Assembly (NCBI GenBank): GCA_035529595.1
Contig: DATKWK010000023.1
Span: 142,961-206,960, forward strand
Source of the DNA: Candidatus Bathyarchaeia archaeon
GTDB taxonomy: Bacteria > Patescibacteriota > Microgenomatia > PFEM01 > JAFGMK01
DNA length: 64,000 bases
Reading direction: 5' to 3'
The notes beneath the pieces are model-generated. The model ran no database searches. It saw only the letters and a program-made list of their open reading frames with translations, and was not told where the DNA came from. Positions 8,302 through 18,146 of this stretch are shown piece after piece. Every line of letters starts with the position of its first letter. The first letter of the stretch is position 1. The translations under genes were made by a program, and so were the position numbers.

Positions 8302-8796
8302 ATGAGAAAATTAAAAGATCTAAATGAGTTAAAAATAATCTCTCAAGACTTAAAAAGGAAAGGGAAAAGAATTGGCATTATCAGCGGTTGTTTTGAAATC
8401 ATCCACGCTGACTTTATCAGGTTGTTTCGCTTTGCCAAAAAACATGTTGATATCCTTGTTATTGGCTTGAATAGTGATCGAAATGTCAAACTTGCTAAAG
8501 GCGATAACCGGCCCGTTTTTAACTTTTTACAGAGAACAAAGGTTTTATCAGAGCTCGGTACAGTTGATTATATTTTTAAGATTGAAGATATTATTGAGAT
8601 CTCCCCGGAAGAGATTAATCGAATATATCGGAAGATCTATCTGGCGGTAAAGCCGGATTATATTATTACCAACGGAAAAGTTGATAAATACCTGGCAGAT
8701 AAAAAAAGGGCGATTGAAGGAAGCGATATTAAGATACTAAAGATAAGCAATAACAAACAGCCGATTTTAATTGATAAAATAATCGGCGGCAGATGA
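8302..8796 (+). CDS. Cytidylyl/adenylyltransferase-like protein (RfaE domain II / TagD-like fold) with degenerate HxGH motif
   Basis: GKRIGIISGCFEIIHADFIRL...VIGLNSD...KGDNRPV resembles the nucleotidyltransferase (GxFDxxHxGH) family, but the second His is replaced (HADF). Confidence 0.5.
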   Translation: MRKLKDLNELKIISQDLKRKGKRIGIISGCFEIIHADFIRLFRFAKKHVDILVIGLNSDRNVKLAKGDNRPVFNFLQRTKVLSELGTVDYIFKIEDIIEISPEEINRIYRKIYLAVKPDYIITNGKVDKYLADKKRAIEGSDIKILKISNNKQPILIDKIIGGR

Positions 8797-8829
8797 AGCC
8801 AATTTAAATAATGCCCAAGGGGGATTTGT

Positions 8830-9444
8830 TTATCGGATTGGTTCTAATATTTTATTACCGTATTTTTTTAAACAGTACCTTGTAGGAGCGGTTAATTTTT
8901 TCCGGAGTGCCTCGTTAATATTCATCCAAGTATGGCGGCGGCCTTCTTCCCGATCCGTTTTAATTTCAGGTTTTCCCGACAATGTTAAGATATAAAAATG
9001 ATGTCTATGACAGTCGGCGCCTCGGCGGCAGAGATCACCAACGATATCTTCTGTTGAGAAAAAAATAAGCTTATGAGTTCTGATTCCGGCTTCTTCGAAC
9101 AATTCTCTTCTGGCTGCATACTCGGGAGTTTCTTTCTCTTCGATATGTCCCGACGGGACAGTAAATCCATAGGGGTAAATTGTCCTTTCAACGAAGAGAA
9201 TTTTCTCATCCGATCGAATCACAAAAACACTGGCGCTCTCATGCCAGTATTCGCCTGTTTTCTGGTCAATCCACCATTTAAGAGCCGGGTCGATATCAAT
9301 TAAACGGTCGAAAGTTTTACCGCAACTATGGCATTTGTATAATCTTTTTTTATCTGCTATGACATCATGTATATTTTCCGAATAACAGTTTTGGCAATAA
9401 CGGTGTCTTTTATTGTCAGTCGGTAAAGGGAAAGTTATTTTCAT
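8830..9444 (-). CDS. nudC: NUDIX hydrolase with N-terminal zinc ribbon (NudC-like NADH pyrophosphatase/decapping candidate)
   Basis: CQNC...CHSCGKTF is a CxxC-x17-CxxC zinc ribbon. Nudix box GHIEEKETPEYAARRELFEEAGI (GX5EX7REUXEEXGU). Confidence 0.7.
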   Translation of the reverse strand: MKITFPLPTDNKRHRYCQNCYSENIHDVIADKKRLYKCHSCGKTFDRLIDIDPALKWWIDQKTGEYWHESASVFVIRSDEKILFVERTIYPYGFTVPSGHIEEKETPEYAARRELFEEAGIRTHKLIFFSTEDIVGDLCRRGADCHRHHFYILTLSGKPEIKTDREEGRRHTWMNINEALRKKLTAPTRYCLKKYGNKILEPIR

Positions 9445-9492
9445 AAATCTAATATTAGCAGAGAGATCGGAGTTTATTCAAGTCCTGCTATA

Positions 9493-10737
9493 ATGATTAA
9501 TAGGATGAAACAGAAAGTAACCGCTTGCAGTATACTTGCTTTATCTTTTTTGCTGATCGTTGTTGCATTAATTCAGAATTCAAATCAAAAATCGGTTTTA
9601 AGACCGGTAGTTAATAAAGAAGAGCCGACTCAAGTATCTAAGACCACCCCCACCCCTGAAGAAAAGATTCCCGCCATAATCAGTATGGTTGGTGAATTAG
9701 ATCCGTCCGGAAAATTTGCCGCGGAAATGAGTTATTTAAAAGCCTACAACGAATCAGTACCCCGTCTGTATTTAAATATTTTTGCTAGGAAACAGTTTGA
9801 GGATGCTGTTATACCTCTGGTGACCGGTTCCAACTTAAGTAGCCTGTGGTCGGTTGTTTTAGGAGATGAAAGCCAAGCTTATCTTCGGGTTTTGAACAAA
9901 TATTTTCATTATGATTCTTCCTACCGGATTAAAGGTATCCATTCTAATCATTATCATAATTTTTATGAGTGGTCGAATAAAGGAACTATATTGGCTTTTC
10001 TTCTTCCTGACGAAATTATCATGCTTTCGTTTGATTACTTGTCGGATGGTAAGTATTTTTATGAAATAAATTCGTCTAAAGAGACTGTCGTTGATTACAA
10101 AACTGCTCTTAAGGTTAAAGATTACCAGGAAATTGAAATTCCAAACATGAATTGGGAGGATCTAGCTTATAATTTTTCGATGTTTTTTTCCGGAGATGAT
10201 CGGTATCTTTACGTAATTCAGGGCGAATCTGTCTTTTTCCGTTATGATACTTTAAGAGATAAAGTTGAAGATTTAATAATTCCGGGAAAAGAAAGAGCGG
10301 CAGAATATCTCGAAATTTATCCTGTTCCCGGAAGTCCGGGGTATTCATATTGGGTCCACGGCCATTACCAAAAAAATAGCTCAGTTGTCACAAGTGACGG
10401 GACAACTGAAAAGGAATTTTCAATTCCTGATAGTAAAGGTATTGATGGTTTAGGTAAAATCCTTTTTTCTCCCGGACGTGATAAGGTTTGTCTGGAGTGG
10501 GGGGCATCAGGATATTGGGGTTATGTTGTTTATGAGTTTCCTCCTGGGCGGCTGCTCGATAGCGGCCAACAATATTCTTACTGTCGAAGGTGGCTTGATG
10601 ATAATAGACTGGTAATTATTGAAGACCCCTATCACGAAGTCGGTAGTTATTGGTTTGAACTAAATGTGGCAACCGGAGAAAAAAAGCTGCTGGATGAAGT
10701 TGGCAAAGAACACGGAGGTCTCAATCAGGCTTTATAG
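9493..10737 (+). CDS. Hypothetical secreted protein
   Basis: N-terminal signal/TM (ACSILALSFLLIVVALI). No recognisable catalytic motif, Trp/Tyr-rich, possibly beta-propeller-like. Confidence 0.5.
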   Translation: MINRMKQKVTACSILALSFLLIVVALIQNSNQKSVLRPVVNKEEPTQVSKTTPTPEEKIPAIISMVGELDPSGKFAAEMSYLKAYNESVPRLYLNIFARKQFEDAVIPLVTGSNLSSLWSVVLGDESQAYLRVLNKYFHYDSSYRIKGIHSNHYHNFYEWSNKGTILAFLLPDEIIMLSFDYLSDGKYFYEINSSKETVVDYKTALKVKDYQEIEIPNMNWEDLAYNFSMFFSGDDRYLYVIQGESVFFRYDTLRDKVEDLIIPGKERAAEYLEIYPVPGSPGYSYWVHGHYQKNSSVVTSDGTTEKEFSIPDSKGIDGLGKILFSPGRDKVCLEWGASGYWGYVVYEFPPGRLLDSGQQYSYCRRWLDDNRLVIIEDPYHEVGSYWFELNVATGEKKLLDEVGKEHGGLNQAL

Positions 10738-11148
10738 GTTTTTTAAAATCGTTATGAATTATAACTAGAATTAAATTAGCAGATTTCGTAATAAGGGGAA
10801 ATTAAATGCAAAAAAATCAGCAAGAGAATAAAGAAAGAGAGGAAGTCGAAAAGTTTAGACCTGAGCTTCTTGCAGCGCTCCATTGACTCAACATCATTAT
10901 CAAAACCCGTTTGTCCGTGAATGGAGTCTAGCCCTTGGTTGTACCCTTTTTTTTGGTGAGTTAATGATTGCACTTTTGGGATTTTGGTGCTTTAGTGCGG
11001 TCGGTTTTTATCAATCAGACTCCTTACGAACTCGGAATTTTTCAGAAAGTTCTGGGAGAGAGTGCATTCGATGATCAGGAAAAATGCTTTTCATCTGTGT
11101 TCAAGTATATCTTTTCCTGTCCAGAATTTGTATAATCGAGGTGTAAAT

Positions 11149-11550
11149 ATGAAATCAAGAATTGGACATATTTATATTTACGCTTCGGATTTAGAAAAGA
11201 GTTATCAGTTCTATAAAAAATTTCTGGGGTATTTGGACTATCGGCAAAACTTTAAGTCGAAGAAATTTTTTGCTTTCATCAAAGACGGCACCAGTATTTT
11301 TTTTGAGCAAGCTCCGAAAGATCACTTAAATGACGGTTACCATCGTCGGAGAATTGGTTTAAATCATTTAGCCTTTCGGGTTGATTCAAAAGAAGAAGTT
11401 GACCGGTTTAATAACGATTTTCTTAATGCTAATGACATAAAAACTCTTTACAATACCCCAAAGCCCTTTCCGAAATACGAGAAAGGCTATTATGCTGTTT
11501 ACTTCGAAGATCCGGACAGAATTAAACTGGAAGTTGTGTATTATCCCTAA
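11149..11550 (+). CDS. VOC (glyoxalase/bleomycin-resistance/dioxygenase) family protein
   Basis: MKSRIGHIYIYASDLEKSYQFYKKFLGY...LNHLAFRV matches the VOC fold pattern. A GAGGTG Shine-Dalgarno sits 8 nt upstream of the ATG at 11149, so the track start at 11062 is probably too long. Confidence 0.65.
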   Translation: MKSRIGHIYIYASDLEKSYQFYKKFLGYLDYRQNFKSKKFFAFIKDGTSIFFEQAPKDHLNDGYHRRRIGLNHLAFRVDSKEEVDRFNNDFLNANDIKTLYNTPKPFPKYEKGYYAVYFEDPDRIKLEVVYYP

Positions 11551-11561
11551 CTTTAAAACCC

Positions 11562-12188
11562 GTGTTAGATATCCCTGTTATGTCAGCTCCCAAAAATGCG
11601 TGTGCCTTAGCTTGCTATAGCATGACGGCAAAATATTTCTTTTCGGAAACCACTTTTGATCAAATTTTAAAGATTTCCGACTGGTCACCAAATTATGTGG
11701 CTTGGCCTTTTAAGTTTTGGAAGTGGATTATGGACCAGGGAATTAAAATTACAGATTTTGACCTGATTGACTATAAAAGGTGGCTAAATAAAGGTGTATC
11801 TGCTTTAAAATCTTCTTTAACGGAAAAAGAATTTGACTGGCTTAGGAAAAATTCCCAAGACCTTTCAATAATCGGTAAAGATCTAAAAAAGGTTGTGGAA
11901 CATCGCAATTTTACTCATAGAAGGGGAAAACCAAAATTTAGCGATTTAAAAAGTGCGGTTAAGAAAAAAAGTGTTTGTGAGGTAGTGCTGGACTCACGGA
12001 CATTAGATAAGAAAGAAGGATTTTCTTTGCATCGGGTAGTAGTAACAGGTATAAATAAGAATAAAGTTACTTTCCATGACCCGAGAGGAAATAAAACTAT
12101 AGCCGGAAGAACTGAAAGCCTTAGTCATTTTAAGAGAGCTTGGTTAGTTGCCGTATCAGATCCGGAATTATGTATTTATTCAAAATAG
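11562..12188 (+). CDS. C39-like (papain-fold) cysteine peptidase family protein
   Basis: N-terminal Cys motif NACALACYSM and C-terminal His/Asp region FSLHRVVVTGINKNKVTFHDP, typical of peptidase_C39-like domains. The true start may be M at 11580. Confidence 0.5.
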   Translation: MLDIPVMSAPKNACALACYSMTAKYFFSETTFDQILKISDWSPNYVAWPFKFWKWIMDQGIKITDFDLIDYKRWLNKGVSALKSSLTEKEFDWLRKNSQDLSIIGKDLKKVVEHRNFTHRRGKPKFSDLKSAVKKKSVCEVVLDSRTLDKKEGFSLHRVVVTGINKNKVTFHDPRGNKTIAGRTESLSHFKRAWLVAVSDPELCIYSK

Positions 12189-12230
12189 TATTTCGATTAT
12201 AATTATTGGTAAGGCTTACCACAAAAATAT

Positions 12231-13118
12231 ATGGGAAATATTCCTACAATAAGATTACTTTCAGGTAGAGAAATACCCAAATTAGGACTTGGGACTTGGG
12301 GTATTGGCGGAGGACCGACCAGGAACCAGAACAATGACGATAAAGGACAGATTAAAAGCATAAAGTATGCGATCGATAATGGTTTTACGTTTATTCGTAC
12401 CGCTCATAATTATGCAGAAGGCTATTGTGAGGAGTTAGTTGGAAAGGCAATTGAGGGTTATGCGCGTAAGAAACTATTCCTTGTTTCCTGTGCCAATCAA
12501 AAATTTGCGCTAGATAAGAAATCGATTATAGAAGTGGCGAAAGGCAGTTTAAAGAACTTAAAGATTGATTACTTTGACGTTTACCTAATTGGCGCTATTA
12601 ATCCGGAAACTTCTGTAAAATCAATTTTGGACGGCTTAGTTTATCTTAAAGAACATGGTTTGGCAAAGGACATCGGTGTTTCAAATTACAGATTGCCCGA
12701 ACTTAAGGCTTCGATTGAATATTTGGGCAAGAAAATTGTCTATAGTGAAATGCATTACAATCTTATTATCCGTGAACCAGAAATTGGCGGAACCTTAGAC
12801 TATTGTCAGCGAAAGGGAATTATTCTTAGCGCCTACCGACCATTGCAACTTGGTCAGCTTTCCAAACCCGGAATTGTGATTCTTGACCAGCTATCCAAAA
12901 AGTACAATAAATCCCAAGCTCAAATAGCTCTTAAGTGGTTGATCCAAAAAGAAGGAGTGATAACTATAACCAAGACAACAAATACCAAACATATCAGGGA
13001 AGATTTAGATGTTTTTGATTGGAATTTGGAAAAAGAGGATGTTGAGAAATTGGATAAAAATTTTCCAATTCAAGTACGCATCAGTGACTGTTCAGAGCCA
13101 AGACAGTTTAAATTTTAA
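12231..13118 (+). CDS. Aldo/keto reductase family oxidoreductase
   Basis: LGLGTWGIGG plus the AKR fold pattern (IDTAHNYAEG-like FIRTAHNYAEG). Confidence 0.8.
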   Translation: MGNIPTIRLLSGREIPKLGLGTWGIGGGPTRNQNNDDKGQIKSIKYAIDNGFTFIRTAHNYAEGYCEELVGKAIEGYARKKLFLVSCANQKFALDKKSIIEVAKGSLKNLKIDYFDVYLIGAINPETSVKSILDGLVYLKEHGLAKDIGVSNYRLPELKASIEYLGKKIVYSEMHYNLIIREPEIGGTLDYCQRKGIILSAYRPLQLGQLSKPGIVILDQLSKKYNKSQAQIALKWLIQKEGVITITKTTNTKHIREDLDVFDWNLEKEDVEKLDKNFPIQVRISDCSEPRQFKF

Positions 13119-13228
13119 TTTTATAGGTTATCGAAGGAAATAAATTAAATTTTACTTCATCATTCCGATTTAGCGGAAAACTAATGTATTAAGTGATTCA
13201 ATTCTTCTTTAAAAATTAAATTTACCCC

Positions 13229-13258
13229 TTGACAGGGTATATAAAAAGTATATACTTT
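13229..13258 (+). promoter_or_regulatory. Promoter/operator of the TA operon: TTGACA -35 (13229-13234) plus a perfect 14-bp palindrome AAAGTATATACTTT (13245-13258) over the -10 region
   Basis: The palindrome is seen directly in the sequence. RHH antitoxins autoregulate via palindromic operators. The ATG at 13265 implies a very short or leaderless 5' end. Confidence 0.5.
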
Positions 13259-13264
13259 CTATAT

Positions 13265-13555
13265 ATGAACACTGCAGTAATAAATATTAAGGTCGAGCCG
13301 AAATTAAAGGAAAAAGCGCAAGAAGTAGCGTCTGATTTGGGTTTTAGCCTAAGTTCCTTGATTAATGGTTATTTAAGGCAGTTAATAATTACTAAAACTA
13401 TTCATTTCAGTCTTCAGGATGAAGAGCCGAGCGAGTATTTAATTAAAGCGCTTCATGAATCTGAAGAACAAAGAAAAAGGGGACAGTTTAAGTCTTTTAA
13501 TAGCGCCGACGAAGCTCTGGGCTTTATCGATAAGATGATTGATGAAAAACGTTAG
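13265..13555 (+). CDS. Type II antitoxin, DinJ/RelB (ribbon-helix-helix) family
   Basis: MNTAVINIKVEPKLKEKAQEVASDLGFSLSSLINGYL is a DinJ-like RHH N-terminus. It overlaps the downstream toxin gene by 17 nt. Confidence 0.7.
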   Translation: MNTAVINIKVEPKLKEKAQEVASDLGFSLSSLINGYLRQLIITKTIHFSLQDEEPSEYLIKALHESEEQRKRGQFKSFNSADEALGFIDKMIDEKR

Positions 13556-13814
13556 AATTGATTATTCAAATCGGTTCATAAAATCCCTGAAAAAATCTCC
13601 TCGAAAAATAGAAATTGCTTTTAGAAGCCGGTTGGAATTGTATTTAACTGATCGGTACCATCCGTTACTGAATAATCATTCCTTAACGGGAAAGTATCAA
13701 GAATATCGAAGTATCAATGTTACTGGCGATTGGCGAGCCATTTTCCGAGAATTAAATGGGGGAGAAATAATCTATTTTGATTTTATTGGCACTCACAGCC
13801 AGTTATATAAGTAA
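13539..13814 (+). CDS. Type II toxin, YafQ/RelE family mRNA interferase
   Basis: The 91-aa protein has ...HPLLNNHSLTGKYQEYRSINVTGDWRAIFRE...IIYFDFIGTHSQLY, typical of YafQ/RelE. It is paired with the upstream DinJ-like gene. Confidence 0.7.
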   Translation: MMKNVRIDYSNRFIKSLKKSPRKIEIAFRSRLELYLTDRYHPLLNNHSLTGKYQEYRSINVTGDWRAIFRELNGGEIIYFDFIGTHSQLYK

Positions 13815-13908
13815 GGGTATTAGGATAACTTGGGAAAATAATTACTCCCGCTTTTCTATTGTTAGTTGTCTAGTTTATCATTAAATTTCCTGGTAAAATT
13901 AGCTCATA

Positions 13909-14730
13909 ATGAAAAAGACGATTAAGCAAATTTATTCCGAAATGGTTCAAAACGAATGGAGAAGGTTAGTAAAAGATTCTTATCATAGATTGGAGTTTGA
14001 AACCACGCTCTATTTTCTAAAAAAATATTTACCCCAAAAGGGTTTTATTCTTGACGCCGGTGGTGGGCCCGGAAGATACACGATTGAACTGGCTAAAAAA
14101 GGTTACCAGATGGTTTTAGTTGATTTGACTCCGGAACTCCTTGAAAAAGCCAGGAAAGAAATAAAGAAAGCCGGAGTTAAGAGAAACGTTAAAGCGATAG
14201 CAGAAGGAGATATCACTAATTTAGCGGATTTTAAAGATGACACTTTTGATGCCGTTTTGTGCTTAGGAGCGCCACTATCTCACGTTTCCACCGAGGAAAA
14301 ACGGAGTCAGGCAGTATCAGAGTTAGTAAGGGTTGCTAAGTCAAAAGCCCCCGTATTTATATCGGTCATTGGGCGGTTGGGAGTAGTTTCGGCCTGTGCT
14401 AGATATTGGGTTAACGAGATTGGGATGACTAAACATTTTCGGGAGATATGGAAAGGGGGAAATGACAATATTTGGAAAAAAGGATCTTATGCTCATATGT
14501 TTTTGCCGGAGGAACTAGACAGACTGGTAACCGAAAATGGAGCAGAAATAATTGAAAGGGTTGGGCTTGAAGGTTTGGTGTCAGTTTTAAGAAAAGAAAT
14601 CAATAAAATCGCCAGAAGTAATCCTCTTGCTTGGAAAAATTGGCAAGAATCACATTATAAACTTTGTACCCACCCAGCAGTTTATGCTACCAGTAGTCAC
14701 ATGCTGATTATCGGGAAAAAAAATGCCTAG
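13909..14730 (+). CDS. Class I SAM-dependent methyltransferase
   Basis: Motif I LDAGGGPGRYT and motif II VLVDLTPELL. Confidence 0.75.
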   Translation: MKKTIKQIYSEMVQNEWRRLVKDSYHRLEFETTLYFLKKYLPQKGFILDAGGGPGRYTIELAKKGYQMVLVDLTPELLEKARKEIKKAGVKRNVKAIAEGDITNLADFKDDTFDAVLCLGAPLSHVSTEEKRSQAVSELVRVAKSKAPVFISVIGRLGVVSACARYWVNEIGMTKHFREIWKGGNDNIWKKGSYAHMFLPEELDRLVTENGAEIIERVGLEGLVSVLRKEINKIARSNPLAWKNWQESHYKLCTHPAVYATSSHMLIIGKKNA

Positions 14731-14819
14731 TTGTGGGATAAAACAGACGCAATCCCGTTTTTAAACTTCAAGTTTGATCTTATATTTCCAAGCCCAAGAA
14801 AAATAGGGAAGTAGACAAA

Positions 14820-15425
14820 TTATTTTCTGGAATGTTGAATAAGCTCCTTTAAGTTTTCAATATCGTTGTCATGCTTTGTTGATTTTTCTTTAATCTCTTC
14901 GATCTCCTTAGACTCTTGTTTATTAAGTGGAATGTCGTTTTTAATTAGATAACAGATTAGAAAGAAGCCTATGGCGATTATGCTCAGTAAGCTCAAGACG
15001 GGAAGAATTGCCGAAATAACGACTTCTCTAAAGTTTCCACTCTTTAAGTTTATGATCAGGTGAAGCATAAAAAGAAAACCCACCATACAAAGAAAAATTA
15101 GAAAGGTAAATATTGCCGCATTGGCGAGTGATGTTATCTTGCTGAAAATTTGGATCTCAATTGAAACAAAGGTAAAGAGAGCAACAAATACCCCAAGGAT
15201 TTCGGTATATCTGGGAAGACTGTCTCTTACCGCTTCTTTAGCGGCTTCTTTAGCGACTTCTGTTGCGACTTCTTTGGCGGCTTCTTTTGCAGGGCCTGCA
15301 TCTTGTGCCGCAGATGAGGTTTCTTGTGCTGCTATAGAAATTTGTTGGACAGTTGGAGCGGGGTTTATTGTCGTTGGGCGGTTTGTTAGGGGAGTTTGCA
15401 AACGTTGTTTTTCTGCCCTTGGCAT
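14820..15425 (-). CDS. Hypothetical membrane protein with an AKEAAKEV-type repeat segment
   Basis: Repeat AKEAAKEVATEVAKEAAKEAV followed by 3-4 TM helices. It is translationally coupled to the upstream ORF (15426..15857). Confidence 0.45.
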   Translation of the reverse strand: MPRAEKQRLQTPLTNRPTTINPAPTVQQISIAAQETSSAAQDAGPAKEAAKEVATEVAKEAAKEAVRDSLPRYTEILGVFVALFTFVSIEIQIFSKITSLANAAIFTFLIFLCMVGFLFMLHLIINLKSGNFREVVISAILPVLSLLSIIAIGFFLICYLIKNDIPLNKQESKEIEEIKEKSTKHDNDIENLKELIQHSRK

Positions 15426-15857
15426 TTAATTCCCTTCCAGTTTGACTTCGAAAGATTCTTCTTCTTTGGCTTTTTCGCCATCCATATAAACTTGAATTTT
15501 ATAAGTTTCTTCTTTATCAAACTTCAGACCCCTAAAGTTGCTAATGTATTGGAGAGATTTGGTTTTTCCTCGTTTAGAAATCAGTTCTTTCTCTGGAGTT
15601 TTAGCAATTTCATTTCCAGTTTTCTCTTCAGTTATTATCAACTTTTGTTTATGTACACTTTCCTTATCGTCTTTTTGTTCAAACTCCCACTTGGTAACAA
15701 TGCTCATTTTGGGATGTATGGCGGGGAAACCGGGAGTTTTAATGACGTCGAATGTTTGAATAATATATAGGCCGCCCGCAGTATCAGTAAATGCGTTATC
15801 GCAGATAATGATGAACTTTAATTTCATGAGTTTAATGATAACACTTTGCGGTTTCAA
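15426..15857 (-). CDS. Hypothetical protein
   Basis: The 143-aa ORF shares a boundary with the downstream membrane protein. No recognisable motif. Confidence 0.4.
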   Translation of the reverse strand: MKPQSVIIKLMKLKFIIICDNAFTDTAGGLYIIQTFDVIKTPGFPAIHPKMSIVTKWEFEQKDDKESVHKQKLIITEEKTGNEIAKTPEKELISKRGKTKSLQYISNFRGLKFDKEETYKIQVYMDGEKAKEEESFEVKLEGN

Positions 15858-16043
15858 GAATCAAATGCCTTGGATTGAAGTTGAATATAGTTTTTCATCA
15901 CTCTTTGGGTGTAGAATATCTTTATGGCGCTTTCAGTCGGGATTCGCTTTTCAGCGCCTCATAATTTGACTTCTATTTCAAATTAACATCCCTGAAGAAA
16001 TAAAGTAATAATTTAAAAGCGACAATTAGGAAGAATTAATGAG

Positions 16044-18011
16044 TTAAAGATGAGGTTTTTTAGGTAAATATTCAAATACCTTGGTTTTTCCTTCAGTGAA
16101 CACTTCTTTTAAATAAGGATAATTAATTTTTTCGATTGTAAGAATAAAACGGACATTGGTTTTTTGCAAATTTTCTTCAGTTATATTAGTTAAAAAGATA
16201 GTTCGACCGAAGGCGGGGTTGATTATATCGGGGAATTGCATCTTTGCTATAAATTCATTGTAACTAGTTAGATGGACAGGATGGTAGCCATTAGGTGTTG
16301 TGAAACCGTAAACCATATTGACATTAACCGGAAAAACTTCTTGGTGGACGCTTAACATTTTTTGGTTGTTCATAAGTTTATCTTTGAGAAAAAGAGTGGT
16401 AGCTGTTTCAGGAAAAATTAAGTCAGGAGGTATAAAAGAATTAAACTTTTTTCCTTGATAAACCAAACTGGTGGTGTTTAGGATAATTAAAATCCAGACT
16501 AATAATTTATAATGCCAAATTAGGTATAACAAAAGAGTAATTACGCTAAGACCAGTCAATATTCCCGGGATAACTGTGTTTCGAAAAGCAATCATTCTTT
16601 GGGTGGGGTTGTCAATACCAACTAATAAATAAACAGAAAGAATTGATATGCTTAAAAAGCAAATCAATAAAAGCTTTTTCGGTTTATATTTATTATTAAC
16701 AATATTAGCTAAACCGTAACTGGAGAGAAAAGAGATGGCGACAACTGTTAGAGATAAAATTCTAGCCGGAATTAAAGACGAAAAAACAGGAATATTATAT
16801 TTGTAGAGAAATCGAGAAAAGGGCGTATCTAAAGACAAAATAAGGGAAATTAGCAAAACGGCTAGAAAAAAACGAGTCAAACGGTCTTTTAAGGAGACAA
16901 AAAAAATCAATATAATTGAAAGACAACCGCAATAAATAACAAACTCGTAATAATGATAACGGCTACCGAACCAATTCATTGTCACAGGACTACCAAAAAA
17001 ATCAGGAGCAATTGATGTTAGTATTAACTTTGGTTGAATCAAGTAAGCAGTAACGTTTTCGTCAAGTCCGATTCCTTTCCAGCGAGCGGTTAGCGGTAGT
17101 AATTTCAACCAAGGAATAAGTTGAGGCAGCGATAATATTATAAACAAACATAAGGACAAAAAAGGAAAGATTATTTTTTTTTGTTTATTTTTGACCACAA
17201 ATAAATAGAATCCAACTGCTAAAATAAGGTGATAAGCAAAAAACTGGACGAATCCGGCAAAGAAACTCATTGTTAAAGAAAAAGCTAGCAATAATAGAGA
17301 GAGTATTGGTTTTTTCTCCATTTTATTTAAGGCGAAAAGTGATAACGGAATCCACAAAAGTGTATGCATTGCTGTTCCAAATTCGACCTGGTTGAAATAG
17401 TAAGAATTGAAAGCAAATATCAAAGATCCAAAACACGAAACGGGTTTTGTAACATGAACCGATCGTAGAAATATATAAAAAAATAACCCAGCTAAAATCG
17501 GTTGGATCATGATGTAAATCGACCAAGCGGAAGAAAAATTGTTGGTTAACCAGAAAACTAAATTTAAAGGATAAAGCGCCCCAGAATGTCCGTCGGCAAG
17601 CAACGGGGTGCCTGAGAATATATATTGATTTATATTAGGTAACCGACCTTGCTTTAATTGCTTAATGATTTCTTGTTTAAATGGATAATATTGAGTTAAA
17701 GCGTCTGACAGTTCTATATTTTTAACCGGATAACCGGTTATTTTGTTCATCCAGACAACATCTTTCCACGGGTGATAATTGCCCAACAAGATATCTCCGG
17801 GAAAAGGAACCTGACCTTTAATAATTAATGGCCAGAAAGTGGTGAGTGTTGTTAAAAGTAAGAGAACAACTAATCCTAAATGCTCCTTTATTCTAATAAC
17901 GAATTTCATTAACTGATTATATATATTTTGGATATAATTAGTATATAAACATATCGATAGGGATAGTGGGAACGCAAAACTGCCCTTTGGGATTATTGCT
18001 TGTATCCCCAA
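16044..18011 (-). CDS. Large polytopic membrane protein, YfhO/ArnT-like glycosyltransferase-fold candidate
   Basis: At least 12 predicted TM segments. The N-terminal region FPGDILLGNYHPWKD resembles YfhO-family proteins. The true start may be M at 17909. Confidence 0.4.
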   Translation of the reverse strand: MGIQAIIPKGSFAFPLSLSICLYTNYIQNIYNQLMKFVIRIKEHLGLVVLLLLTTLTTFWPLIIKGQVPFPGDILLGNYHPWKDVVWMNKITGYPVKNIELSDALTQYYPFKQEIIKQLKQGRLPNINQYIFSGTPLLADGHSGALYPLNLVFWLTNNFSSAWSIYIMIQPILAGLFFYIFLRSVHVTKPVSCFGSLIFAFNSYYFNQVEFGTAMHTLLWIPLSLFALNKMEKKPILSLLLLAFSLTMSFFAGFVQFFAYHLILAVGFYLFVVKNKQKKIIFPFLSLCLFIILSLPQLIPWLKLLPLTARWKGIGLDENVTAYLIQPKLILTSIAPDFFGSPVTMNWFGSRYHYYEFVIYCGCLSIILIFFVSLKDRLTRFFLAVLLISLILSLDTPFSRFLYKYNIPVFSSLIPARILSLTVVAISFLSSYGLANIVNNKYKPKKLLLICFLSISILSVYLLVGIDNPTQRMIAFRNTVIPGILTGLSVITLLLYLIWHYKLLVWILIILNTTSLVYQGKKFNSFIPPDLIFPETATTLFLKDKLMNNQKMLSVHQEVFPVNVNMVYGFTTPNGYHPVHLTSYNEFIAKMQFPDIINPAFGRTIFLTNITEENLQKTNVRFILTIEKINYPYLKEVFTEGKTKVFEYLPKKPHL

Positions 18012-18146
18012 AACCTAAGAAGGGGAGAATTATTACCAAAAGAGATGAATTTAGAAGAATTGTTAAATCTGAAGCTCCTTTTATACCTAGATAATTTATG
18101 TGATATTTTTTAACATAAAGGTAGCTTTATTGTTATAATTTGTCCA

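Noticed and set aside
10738-11148. Possible small ncRNA in the 410-nt gap upstream of the VOC gene (T8 run at about 10947-10956)
   Set aside because: Only imperfect stems precede the T-run (CCATTGAC/GTGAATGG with an internal mismatch). No conserved motif was recognised. It is left unannotated.
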